Source: Nitrososphaeria archaeon (GTDB lineage Archaea; Thermoproteota; Nitrososphaeria; JACIWG01). From it: a DNA stretch of 26,972 bases. The stretch is from NCBI GenBank assembly GCA_050011875.1, contig JBEKIG010000019.1, positions 1-26,972 of the forward strand, given 5' to 3'. The position numbers and the translations under genes were made by a program. Positions 1 through 9,175 of the stretch are shown in pieces; position 1 is the stretch's first letter, and the number at the start of each line of letters is the position of its first letter. The notes below the pieces were generated by a model. The model ran no database searches and was not told the DNA's origin. It saw only the letters and a program-made list of their open reading frames with translations.

Positions 1-251
1 ACTAGAAATGCGTTTCCACGTGTAACACGCATGAGCTTCCCCATTGGAGGATCCCATTGAAAGTGAAGCCCACGCAAAACTCCTTTTATCGAACCAGACT
101 GATTCAGCTGAACAAACACTTCTGGAAGTCCCAGATTCTTAAACTGATCTTGCCTGTAGACCTCGGTAAAAAACCCCCGTTCATCTCGAAATATTTCGGG
201 AATTACTATGACCACGTCATCAATGGATGTTCTTTTAGTGGTTAATTCCAA
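1..251 (-). CDS. rfbC: dTDP-4-dehydrorhamnose 3,5-epimerase, 5' part; runs off the left edge
   Basis: Manual translation from TTG at 251: MELTTKRTSIDDVVIVIPEIFRDERGFFTEVY...FVQLNQSGSIKGVLRGLHFQWDPPMGKLMRVTRG. Contains the RmlC motifs DERGFF and GVLRGLHFQ. GGAGG SD at 260-264 on the - strand. Confidence 0.95.
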   Translation of the reverse strand, partial: MELTTKRTSIDDVVIVIPEIFRDERGFFTEVYRQDQFKNLGLPEVFVQLNQSGSIKGVLRGLHFQWDPPMGKLMRVTRGNAFL

Positions 252-378
252 ATGATCACCCTCCTATCGTCTAAACTAACCCAACGCTTATCATTGATGT
301 GTATTTTCCACTTCCAGCGTTATTTTACTACGTCGGGCATGCGGTCACAACCCATTATTATCAACCGCCAGTAACCCG

Positions 379-387
379 TGATAGAAT
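379..387 (+). promoter_or_regulatory. possible extended -10 promoter (TGaTAGAAT) for the gene at 421
   Basis: Resembles TGnTATAAT and lies ~35 bp before the ATG in a divergent intergenic region. Motif match only. Confidence 0.3.
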
Positions 388-420
388 TATCTACAATTGA
401 CACATAGGATGGCGGGCTAA

Positions 421-2346
421 ATGTATAGGATATTCGGACTCTTACTGATATTGGCGTTGGCCTTCTATCTGGCCTTTATCCCCCATATCGGCTATGCCTA
501 TCCGCTTCATGGGGACGAATGGATGCATATGACCTATGCTGAAACCATTGCCGGGACCGGCGCCATCACTTTTCCCGATCCCTTTACCGGGCTCACCGAG
601 ATAAACCTGGGGGATAACCTCTGGGTGGGCTATCACATACTCTGGGCCATCTTCCAGCAGGTCAGCGGCATAGACTGGATCATCCTTTTTAGGTACTTCC
701 CTTCCATTATATTCATGTTCACCGTCCTGGCTGTCTATATCTTAGCCTCCCGGCAGGGCTACGGTTTGGAGGCCGCCTTCTTTACCTGCCTCATACCTAC
801 CACAGGCGGTTTGCTTGGCCCCGCCTTCATGGTTCCCATGGCTCTGGGCATGCTCTTCATCCCGCTATCGATGTTTCTCGCCTTTAATATCAAGACGTGG
901 CCGTCCTATCTGTTGATATTTCTCTTTACCACTTACCTATTAGTATCCCACGCTACAACTGCCATAGTGCTGTGTATCATTCTCGCTCCTTACATCCTGT
1001 TAAATATCAAGGGGAACATCCGGCACGCTGCGGGAGTGTTGTCTGGCCTCGTTCTGCCATTTGCCCTGTCATTGCCCTGGACTTTCCAGATAGCGGTTCA
1101 GACCGCCCGGCAATTGCTGGTACCCCAGTACTTCTCGCCTTATATTGTGTTGCCTGATCTTCTTTGGAAGTACGGATTGATACCGGTCGCTTTCAGCTTC
1201 ATCGGTACCGTCATATTAGTAATAAAGGGCGGTAAGAAGAATCTTGGTTTGGTGCTCGGGCTGGCTTTGTTGCTCCTCATCATGCTTCTATTTATCAGGT
1301 TCCATTACGGTTTGTCCACAGTATATGAACGTGGTCTGACAGCTATGCTGTTAATGTTGAGCATTATAGCAGGCGCAGGATTGTTCTGGGTGAGGAAGCT
1401 AAAGCTACCTGCTGCGTTTCTTAAGAAATACAGATCAACAATTTTCACGGTCGCCGCGCCCGTCGTCTCAGTGTTGCTCTTGGCCGTCGTACTTGCCGTC
1501 GCCATCCCCACCAGGCTCAACGCATCTTTTTACCACATGATCGACGATCAAGACTACCGGGCATTCATATGGATAAAAGATAACGTCGCCGAGGATTACT
1601 CAACTGCCATGTTAGATCCGTGGAAAGCAACAGCCTTTAGCGCGGTCGCTATGAAAAATGCCCTGCATAGGATATGGATGAACCAGGAGCCGGTCGATGA
1701 TTCTATATACCAATTTCTGAACGGCGGAGGCAGCGGAACCACTTTTTTTCAAGACAATAAAGTATCCTTCGTCTATAACCGGCTGCCATGTAGTAGTCCC
1801 GATCTGATAGAAGTGAGCAATAATATTTTTCTCACCAATCCCAATATATCAACCAGTTTTGCTGTGAAAGCTGATCTGCAAAATGGCGGATTTGAGGCCG
1901 TCTATGGCACACCGCCTGCGTACTGGGGTCAATGGTTACAGAATTGCCAGCCATTATTCCTGTTTCCACAGCCGGGTAGAAACGGGGGTACCAGTGCAGC
2001 TATTAGAATATCAGAAATAGGATCATTTAACCCATGGCCTCAAGCTATCTGGACACAAAATGTGCCGGTTGAGGCAGGCAAATCATATATTATAGGGGGT
2101 TGGATAAAAACTGATAATATCACCGGTGAGAATGGAGCTTCAATTGTTCCTGATTGGAAAGGTCCCGGGAATGTTTTTCTCGGGGCGACCCCAATTATGA
2201 AACAACTCAAGGGCACTAACGACTGGATGTATTATCAGGGAAAAGTAATTGCTCCACTCGGGGCAACCGCGTGCACCGTTTGCTGCTCGATAAGCGGAAG
2301 TACAGGCATTGCGTGGTTTGATGATATGGTATTCAAAGAGCAATGA
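421..2346 (+). CDS. multi-pass membrane protein, putative GT-C-fold glycosyltransferase with C-terminal carbohydrate-binding-like domain
   Basis: About 10 or more hydrophobic segments. Acidic DE pair (HGDEW) in the first loop after TM1, as in GT-C enzymes. The C-terminal ~155 aa carry LQNGGFE...VEAGKSYIIGGWIKT...GTNDW...AWFDD, a CBM4/9-like pattern. Confidence 0.6.
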   Translation: MYRIFGLLLILALAFYLAFIPHIGYAYPLHGDEWMHMTYAETIAGTGAITFPDPFTGLTEINLGDNLWVGYHILWAIFQQVSGIDWIILFRYFPSIIFMFTVLAVYILASRQGYGLEAAFFTCLIPTTGGLLGPAFMVPMALGMLFIPLSMFLAFNIKTWPSYLLIFLFTTYLLVSHATTAIVLCIILAPYILLNIKGNIRHAAGVLSGLVLPFALSLPWTFQIAVQTARQLLVPQYFSPYIVLPDLLWKYGLIPVAFSFIGTVILVIKGGKKNLGLVLGLALLLLIMLLFIRFHYGLSTVYERGLTAMLLMLSIIAGAGLFWVRKLKLPAAFLKKYRSTIFTVAAPVVSVLLLAVVLAVAIPTRLNASFYHMIDDQDYRAFIWIKDNVAEDYSTAMLDPWKATAFSAVAMKNALHRIWMNQEPVDDSIYQFLNGGGSGTTFFQDNKVSFVYNRLPCSSPDLIEVSNNIFLTNPNISTSFAVKADLQNGGFEAVYGTPPAYWGQWLQNCQPLFLFPQPGRNGGTSAAIRISEIGSFNPWPQAIWTQNVPVEAGKSYIIGGWIKTDNITGENGASIVPDWKGPGNVFLGATPIMKQLKGTNDWMYYQGKVIAPLGATACTVCCSISGSTGIAWFDDMVFKEQ

Positions 2347-2598
2347 ATTAGAAGAGATGCGATAAAGGATTAATTTATTATTTAATCACGTCAAGATACG
2401 GGTATAAACGTTCCTCGAAATAAGGTTCTTTTTCGCCGTTTTATAGAGGTAAATTTAAATCTTCTGATTTTGCCCTGAATTCTTATAATGGAGAACATCG
2501 TAGCAAAACACCATCAAAAAATATAGTAACTGCTGGACATTTTGATGACAATAATAGATGCGAGATAGGTTACTATATGTTTGATGATGAAAATGCAC

Positions 2599-2627
2599 TT
2601 GCCAAGTGCGTTTACGTAATGTACCAT
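2599..2627 (+). promoter_or_regulatory. putative sigma70 promoter for the carbamoyltransferase module
   Basis: TTGCCA (2599-2604), 17 bp, TACCAT (2622-2627). The -35 sits at the centre of the near-palindrome AAATGCACTTG-C-CAAGTGCGTTT (2591-2613). Confidence 0.4.
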
Positions 2628-2653
2628 ATGATTAAATTTAGGTATATTATAGT

Positions 2654-3193
2654 ATGAATATCGTTGCTTTTATTATTTTAATTCTTCTCTCGCAGCTTGG
2701 TTATTCTATTGGCGCTGTGGCAATGGCAAGCAAAAAAGAATTGAAACCGCAGATAATGGATTTGCTATTATTATTGGCTATTTGGGCCGGTGGGATATAT
2801 TTGGGACTCAGTCTTAATCTAAATAGATGGATCATGATTTTCATCTGGTTAGCTGCCAGTATTATAATAGGAATGTTGGCAGTAATGCCTCGAAAACTAA
2901 ATACAAAAGTGGTTCCAAATAAAGCTATTGGAACAGGTGAGAACAAAGATAATAAATCAATGAACTTGTTTAGAAGACTATGGAATAAATATAAAGAATT
3001 TTTTGCCAGAGTAGGAAGCTTCCAAACGGGAATAGACCTTGCATTGTTCTTTTTTACTGTAATTGTCCCGGCTGCATTAATTTTAAAGATGAGCGCTGAC
3101 CCATTAGGATTGAAATATCGTGATAATAAAACTCAATGGCTTGATAGGATAGAAACCAAAGTTGATCTAGATCAATCCAAGAGGCAGTTTTGA
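2654..3193 (+). CDS. SxtJ-like membrane protein
   Basis: The C-terminus LFFFTVIVPAALILKMSADPLGLK...QWLDR...SKRQF resembles SxtJ-family proteins that accompany carbamoyltransferases. Its stop overlaps the start of the next gene. Confidence 0.7.
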   Translation: MNIVAFIILILLSQLGYSIGAVAMASKKELKPQIMDLLLLLAIWAGGIYLGLSLNLNRWIMIFIWLAASIIIGMLAVMPRKLNTKVVPNKAIGTGENKDNKSMNLFRRLWNKYKEFFARVGSFQTGIDLALFFFTVIVPAALILKMSADPLGLKYRDNKTQWLDRIETKVDLDQSKRQF

Positions 3194-4971
3194 TGTATAT
3201 ACTGGGAATATCTTGTTTTTACCATGATGCCGCAGCCGCACTAATAAAAGACGGCATTTTAATGGCAGCCGCAGAGGAAGAGCGGTTCACCAGGATAAAA
3301 CATGACTTTGGCTTTCCGGAGAATGCAATTAAATTTTGTCTCGATTTTGCCAGCATACACGCAAATGATCTGGATTATGTTGTTTTTTATGAAAAACCCT
3401 TCCACAAGTTCGAACGTATTCTTCAGACAACGCTGCAGACATTCCCCAGGTCCTGGAGGGTTTTTGGGGAAGCAATGTCAATATGGATCACCGACAAGCT
3501 CTGGATGAAAAGTATTATTGGCGACAAAATAGGTATTGAATTCGATAAAATTCTCTTTACCGACCACCATGTCTCACATGCAGCCAGTGCCTTTTACTGT
3601 TCCCCCTTTGAAGAGGCGGCAATCCTAACTGTGGATGGTGTTGGTGAATGGGCGACGGCAACCATGGGAATAGGCAAAGGAACCGATATAAAACTGATTA
3701 AAGAAATGAGGTTTCCCCATTCATTAGGCCTGTTATACAGCGCCTTCACCGCTTTCCTGGGTTTCCAGGTTAATGAGGGCGAATACAAGGTTATGGGCAT
3801 GGCCCCCTATGGTAAACCTAGGTATATTGACAAGATATACGATAAGCTGGTCAAGGTAGCTGATGACGGGTCATTCTGGACAGATATGGATTATTTCTGC
3901 TACCACTATTCGGACAGCAAAACTTTCAATAGCAAATTCGTAGGTTTATTCGGAGAACCCAGGCCAACTGAGATGCATTTCTTTACCTCTACTACAAGGT
4001 TTCCATCCTATTTTGGCGAAAAACCCTCGAACTTCAGCGAACTTTGTCAGCAGAATGAGCATTACGCGGATATAGCAGCAAGTATTCAAACTGTGTCAGA
4101 AGAAATACTGCTCAAGATGGCAAATGCCCTGCACAAAGAAACGGGATTGAAAAAACTTTGCATTGCTGGTGGTGTAGGGTTAAATTCGGTAGCTAACGGG
4201 AGAATCTTGAGGGAAACTCCTTTTGAGGAACTCTTCATTCAACCCGCAGCAGGCGATAGCGGTGGGGCCTTAGGTGCTGCGCTGTATGCATACCACGCTC
4301 TTCTGGGAAAACCGAGATCATTCATAATGGAACATGCATATTTGGGAAAGGAGTATACCAACGGAGAAATAAAAGAATTCTTAGATAGTAATAATATCGG
4401 CAATGAGTATTTTTCAAATGAGGAGAAATTGCTTGATCGAGTGGTAGATGATCTCGTTGATGGAAAAGTCGTTGGCTGGTTTCAGGGCAGGTTCGAGTGG
4501 GGTCCGAGGGCACTGGGCAACCGGAGTATCCTGGCGGATCCGCGCAGTGAGGAAATGAAGGACCTGGTGAATGTGAAAATCAAATTCCGTGAACCCTTCC
4601 GGCCTTTTGCTCCCGTAATTCTTGAAGAGAAAACTGAGGACTTTTTTCAGGGTGGCGCGGACGCCACCAAACAATTTCCAGCCAGGTATATGCTTATGGT
4701 TTTACCGTTTAAAGAGAATAAGGCAGACAGCGTAAATGCCGTAAATCACATGGGAACAGGCAGGCTTCAGACCATTAGGAAAGAATGGAATCCACGATAC
4801 TATAATATAGTGAAGAAATTTGGCGAGGCCACCGGTGTGCCTGTACTATTAAATACATCTTTCAACCTGAGGGGTGAACCCATTGTTACCTCTCCGAGCA
4901 ACGCCTTCAATACCTTCAGTAAAAGTGGCATAGACGTCCTGGTTCTGGGAGATTATATGGTCCGAAAGTAA
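3190..4971 (+). CDS. O-carbamoyltransferase, CmcH/NodU (TobZ/SxtI-like) family
   Basis: Motifs ILGISCFYHDAAAAL, HHVSHAASAF, DGVGE, HSLGLLYS, GEYKVMGMAPYG, AGGVGLN, GPRALGNRSILADP, KFREPFRPFAP and NTSFNLRGEPIV. Confidence 0.95.
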   Translation: MMYILGISCFYHDAAAALIKDGILMAAAEEERFTRIKHDFGFPENAIKFCLDFASIHANDLDYVVFYEKPFHKFERILQTTLQTFPRSWRVFGEAMSIWITDKLWMKSIIGDKIGIEFDKILFTDHHVSHAASAFYCSPFEEAAILTVDGVGEWATATMGIGKGTDIKLIKEMRFPHSLGLLYSAFTAFLGFQVNEGEYKVMGMAPYGKPRYIDKIYDKLVKVADDGSFWTDMDYFCYHYSDSKTFNSKFVGLFGEPRPTEMHFFTSTTRFPSYFGEKPSNFSELCQQNEHYADIAASIQTVSEEILLKMANALHKETGLKKLCIAGGVGLNSVANGRILRETPFEELFIQPAAGDSGGALGAALYAYHALLGKPRSFIMEHAYLGKEYTNGEIKEFLDSNNIGNEYFSNEEKLLDRVVDDLVDGKVVGWFQGRFEWGPRALGNRSILADPRSEEMKDLVNVKIKFREPFRPFAPVILEEKTEDFFQGGADATKQFPARYMLMVLPFKENKADSVNAVNHMGTGRLQTIRKEWNPRYYNIVKKFGEATGVPVLLNTSFNLRGEPIVTSPSNAFNTFSKSGIDVLVLGDYMVRK

Positions 4972-4995
4972 GTTTTTATTTAAAAAGAGAAGAAG

Positions 4996-5175
4996 ATGAG
5001 CATATGGAAGAATTTTATATCTAAATCCGGGACATTCGGTGAGCTATTAACCTTCCTATGGCAAAGAAAACTCTGGTGGATGATCCCTATGATAGTCATG
5101 TTAGTACTATTTGGTTTATTATTCATTTTCGCCGCTGGTTCTCCGTTAGCCCCATTTATATATACGATTTTCTAA
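4996..5175 (+). CDS. DUF5989 / SxtK-like small membrane protein, 59 aa (absent from the ORF track)
   Basis: Manual translation: MSIWKNFISKSGTFGELLTFLWQRKLWWMIPMIVMLVLFGLLFIFAAGSPLAPFIYTIF. The RKxWWxxP and APFIYTxF pattern is typical of this family next to carbamoyltransferases. Confidence 0.9.
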   Translation: MSIWKNFISKSGTFGELLTFLWQRKLWWMIPMIVMLVLFGLLFIFAAGSPLAPFIYTIF

Positions 5176-5196
5176 AATCGATTCCATGATATTGCT

Positions 5197-6618
5197 ATGA
5201 GCGCCATGGACCAGAAGCAAAAGAAAAGGATCACCATCGTGGCTGCGCTGTGGATTCTCTTCGGCATTTCGGCAATGGTGCTTTTTAAGGGTTCAGCCTT
5301 CCTTCGCGTTCGTGAAGTAACTGTGGGGGCGCAGTATTCTGCCCAGATATTCACAATTTATAGTGTTCTTTTTATTCTGGGATACCTATTAGCATCAGGG
5401 TTACTGATATTGGTCACGATCTCCCGCCATCGCCGCGAAATGCTGGTTAAATGCCTGAGAAATCGATGGGTGCTAACTGTGGCCGTAATATACGTTTTCA
5501 TACTCCTCATTGTTGCACTTTTTTTACACTATTCAGTAGCAATTTTACTGTTCGTATGGACAGTTGGACTGTTTGCGACTCTTTTAATATTGGCTAAATC
5601 TGAAAAGCAGCTATTAAGCTGGATGGCACGTATTTTCGTTATGTTTCTCTCCCTACTAATAACCATTTATGCCGTAGAAGGCCTCATTAGAGTGAGCAAA
5701 GCTGACCTAGGATTTAACGGTCGCCAAGGTGGATATAGTTATACATGGGGACATAAGATAGTAAATAACAGCCTGGGATTTCGTGAAAAGGAATTTATTA
5801 TACCAAAGCCACAAAATGTATATCGTATAATGGTTCTCGGTGACTCATTCACACAGGGAGTTGGACTTGCAGAAGAGGAGCGGTATTCTGATCGATTAGA
5901 AGCTTTGCTTGCTACCGAGTTTCATGCTAAGAAAATCGAAGTTCTGAATTTTGGCGTTTGGGGTATTGCGACTGTCGATGAGAGGAATATTCTTATGAAA
6001 TATAAAGACATTGTCAAGCCAGATCTAATAATTGTGGGATTTTGCCAAAACGATACTCAGCCAAGGGCCGAGGACTATTCAATCGAGAAAAGCAAATATG
6101 ATATTTATTTTAACTTAATTGATAGTCTCTCATTATTCGGCCTTGAAGAAGTAAAAGGCATACTCCATTCCGGGTATCAGATTGTGCTGACTAAACTGGG
6201 TTATATACCCTCGTGGCAAGTAGCTTTGCAGAGAACATACGAGGAAGAGTCACCCGATTGGAAGCAATTTGTCGCAGCTCTACAGGATATAAAGACGATG
6301 TCAGATGATATTGGTCTTCCATCTCCTGTATTCGCCGTGCTTAACTCGGGATGGAGATATGATACACCGACTGACTACAATAATCCGGACGATGAACTCG
6401 CTCTTTATCTTAGATGGTATAATCAAGCCGAGAACGCGGCAAGAAAAATCGGATTTACAACCGTAAATTTCAAAGAGGAGTTTGCCAGGCAACTACCTAA
6501 TGAAATTATGGCAGTCAATAGATACGATAGACATCCGAACTCTAGAATGAATGAGATTTACGCGCAGAAGTTGTTTCAAGTTGTAGCACCTATAATAAGA
6601 AGCACTAATGAACGCTAA
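5197..6618 (+). CDS. membrane-anchored SGNH/GDSL hydrolase-family protein
   Basis: Several N-terminal TM helices, followed by SGNH blocks VLGDSFTQG (I), NFGVWG (II), GFCQND (III) and DRHPN (V, DxH). Confidence 0.88.
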   Translation: MSAMDQKQKKRITIVAALWILFGISAMVLFKGSAFLRVREVTVGAQYSAQIFTIYSVLFILGYLLASGLLILVTISRHRREMLVKCLRNRWVLTVAVIYVFILLIVALFLHYSVAILLFVWTVGLFATLLILAKSEKQLLSWMARIFVMFLSLLITIYAVEGLIRVSKADLGFNGRQGGYSYTWGHKIVNNSLGFREKEFIIPKPQNVYRIMVLGDSFTQGVGLAEEERYSDRLEALLATEFHAKKIEVLNFGVWGIATVDERNILMKYKDIVKPDLIIVGFCQNDTQPRAEDYSIEKSKYDIYFNLIDSLSLFGLEEVKGILHSGYQIVLTKLGYIPSWQVALQRTYEEESPDWKQFVAALQDIKTMSDDIGLPSPVFAVLNSGWRYDTPTDYNNPDDELALYLRWYNQAENAARKIGFTTVNFKEEFARQLPNEIMAVNRYDRHPNSRMNEIYAQKLFQVVAPIIRSTNER

Positions 6619-6715
6619 CGAATTATGTGGAGATATATTATCTCCCCCCCCATTGATATTTCTACATGAAATTTACATAACCGATTTATAAAGATGTAAT
6701 TGTATTTACACCAGC

Positions 6716-8176
6716 ATGGATGACCACAACGTAGCTGAGACAGGCCGTTTTGAAGTGCGCGCTTTCGGAAAAGATATCCTGGTATATATCTCGGGTAACG
6801 GGCTTCTTCTACTTTTCACGTTTTTACAGTCCCTGATCATTCCCAAATATCTTTCAGTAGCTGGCTACGGCTACTGGCAGCTTTTTAATCTTTATATCAC
6901 TTATGTGGGTATATTACACCTGGGCTTTCTGGATGGCCTGCTGGTGCACTGGGCCGGCAAAGACCTCAACCAGATAGGCGGAGAGATAAAACCAGCCATC
7001 AGGTTTCTCGTCCTGCAGCAATTAGCGGTTATTATTCCCCTGGGCTTAGTCACTTACTTGCTGCTGCAACCACCTTTCCAATTGATAGGATTAATGGTAT
7101 GCATATATGCCTTTATCTTTAACCTAGCGACTTTTTTCATTCTTACAACGCAGGCTATTAGGCAGTTCCGGTTGCTCACCGTGTTAAATGTGGGTAGAGG
7201 ATTTGCCTTCCTGGCTTTAGTCGTCCTTATTTTTGTTTCAGGCCACCTTGAATACCAATATGTTATTATTGCTGCGCTAGCAGCTTATCTGCTCTTTATG
7301 GTTGCTCTTGCTGTCAGTTACCGACGGTATCTGCAGGGCAATAACTCTTCTGCTCCATCACTGGCTTCCTATAGTAAAAAAAATATTAATATTGGTATAT
7401 TTATACTTCTCGGTAACTTCGTCTTCGTCATCTTCTGGTCCCTGGACCGCCTGCTGGTGAACTCCTCCTTTACTATTGAACAGTTTGCCGTTTATGCCTT
7501 TGCCCTAGCAATGGCCAATATTGTCTTCGTCTTTATCAGAGCGATAGCCGATGTCTCTTTCCCCCATTTATCAGCGGCGGCGCCGGAACAAAGGACCAGG
7601 GCTTATCAACTGGGTAAGCGCGTGCTGATTCTTTGCTGGGCTGTATCAATAGATGCCTACTTCCCGCTCGCCGCGTTGATTCAGTTTTATCTTCCACATT
7701 ACACTGGCAGCCTGCCCATTGTAAAGATCGTGCTGGGAACGATGGGCTTGAGCAGCCTTATACTAATTCTTCACGTTAATTACTACCGGTTATATCGAAA
7801 ACAGCGGCAATACTTCGGCATTGGGATAACCGCGCTGGCTCTTGCAGTCCTGCTGGTGCTGATAGCCATAAAAGTGATGGGCACTTTGGAAAGTGTGGCA
7901 ATGGCTATACTGATAAGTTCCTTCGTATGGTATATTATTAATGAGTTGAGCTTGAAAGCCGTGACAGGAGAAAGCAACGTGACGATATGGAAAAGCCTTA
8001 TAATTATGGGATGCTATTTCGCTTGCTTCTGGATTGCTTCATTCCTCAATTCCTGGTTTATAGCGCAAATGTTGATTTATGCTGGCTTTTTCCTTGTAAT
8101 TAGCTTTGGTTTTTTTCACACTGACTTGCGTGATCTATTACTTATGGTTCAAAGAAGCAGAAATAGACGTAATTGA
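6716..8176 (+). CDS. Wzx-like oligosaccharide flippase (MOP superfamily)
   Basis: 486 aa and highly hydrophobic. IIPKYLSVAGYGYWQLF, LDRLLV and FAVYAFA match the polysaccharide flippase pattern. Glycan-cluster context. Confidence 0.85.
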   Translation: MDDHNVAETGRFEVRAFGKDILVYISGNGLLLLFTFLQSLIIPKYLSVAGYGYWQLFNLYITYVGILHLGFLDGLLVHWAGKDLNQIGGEIKPAIRFLVLQQLAVIIPLGLVTYLLLQPPFQLIGLMVCIYAFIFNLATFFILTTQAIRQFRLLTVLNVGRGFAFLALVVLIFVSGHLEYQYVIIAALAAYLLFMVALAVSYRRYLQGNNSSAPSLASYSKKNINIGIFILLGNFVFVIFWSLDRLLVNSSFTIEQFAVYAFALAMANIVFVFIRAIADVSFPHLSAAAPEQRTRAYQLGKRVLILCWAVSIDAYFPLAALIQFYLPHYTGSLPIVKIVLGTMGLSSLILILHVNYYRLYRKQRQYFGIGITALALAVLLVLIAIKVMGTLESVAMAILISSFVWYIINELSLKAVTGESNVTIWKSLIIMGCYFACFWIASFLNSWFIAQMLIYAGFFLVISFGFFHTDLRDLLLMVQRSRNRRN

Positions 8177-8239
8177 ACGGCAGCAATGGCGAAGTAATAC
8201 AGGCCCGTGAGGGGTTTTATATACAAATAGGAGTAAAGA

Positions 8240-9160
8240 ATGGAATATCCGAGAGTCTCTATCATAATCCTAAACTGGAATGGGCTGGAGGATACTATAG
8301 AGTGTCTTGAATCACTCAAAAAGATAACTTATCCAAATTACGAGGTCATTGTGGTCGATAATGCCTCCGCAAACAACGAAGCCCAGATACTAAGGGAAAA
8401 ATTCGGGGACTATATATATCTGATCCAGAATGATAGGAATTATGGCTTTGCTGAGGGGAATAATATTGCGATCAGACATGTTTTAAGCAAATCTGAGCTT
8501 AAATATGTTTTACTGCTCAATAATGATACAGTGGTAGCCCCGCAATTCTTAGATGAACTTGTGAAAGTGACCAAGCAAGACTGCTCAATCGGCATAGCCG
8601 GCCCGAAGATTTATTTCTATAATAATCCTAACGAAGCCCAGCATACCACGGCAAAAATAGACTTATATAGGGGCAAAGCCGGTTGGGCAGTTGTTAAAGA
8701 GGCGGATTCGGGGCAATTTGAGGACGTTCAGGATACAGCCTGGTGTGATGGTTCATGCTTTCTGGTCCGGCGCGAGGTAATACAAAGTATAGGGTTGATT
8801 GATGCCAGCTATTTTAAGTATTGGGAAGAGATTGATTATTGCCTGAGAGCAAGCAAGCAAGGATTTCGCATCGTTTGCTGTCCTCAAGCCAGGATATGGC
8901 ATAAAGGTTGGTTAAGAATGTGGGATAAAGGTTTCCCATCAATTAAGAGAGTTGAGGCTGTATATTACATGGAGAGGAACAGATTTTTATTTATGAGAAA
9001 GCATGCCGGCAAGCTTCAGATGGCCACATTTCTATTATACTATTTTACGTTCTCAGTTTGGATGATGAGCGGTCATTTATTGGTGCGTCGTAGAAGCCAG
9101 GAAAGCTTTATGTCTTTCCTAAGAGGGGTCAGAGATGGGTTTCAATTACTTGCCGCTTGA
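8240..9160 (+). CDS. glycosyltransferase family 2 (rhamnosyltransferase-like subgroup)
   Basis: VSIIILNWNG, VVDNAS, NYGFAEGNN, LLLNNDT, YWEEIDYCLRA and IWHK. AGGAG SD upstream. Confidence 0.92.
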   Translation: MEYPRVSIIILNWNGLEDTIECLESLKKITYPNYEVIVVDNASANNEAQILREKFGDYIYLIQNDRNYGFAEGNNIAIRHVLSKSELKYVLLLNNDTVVAPQFLDELVKVTKQDCSIGIAGPKIYFYNNPNEAQHTTAKIDLYRGKAGWAVVKEADSGQFEDVQDTAWCDGSCFLVRREVIQSIGLIDASYFKYWEEIDYCLRASKQGFRIVCCPQARIWHKGWLRMWDKGFPSIKRVEAVYYMERNRFLFMRKHAGKLQMATFLLYYFTFSVWMMSGHLLVRRRSQESFMSFLRGVRDGFQLLAA

Positions 9161-9175
9161 GCATCATGCCTGATT

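Noticed and set aside
57-245. 62-aa + strand ORF in the track
   Set aside because: It is antisense to the clearly recognisable rfbC 5' end.
2654-6618. Saxitoxin biosynthesis cluster
   Set aside because: Only sxtI/J/K/L-like accessory families are present. There are no sxtA/sxtG-like core genes, and the context is glycan synthesis.
8202-8218. Small CCC-GTGA-GGG hairpin plus T-run as a terminator after the flippase
   Set aside because: The stem is too weak to support a call.
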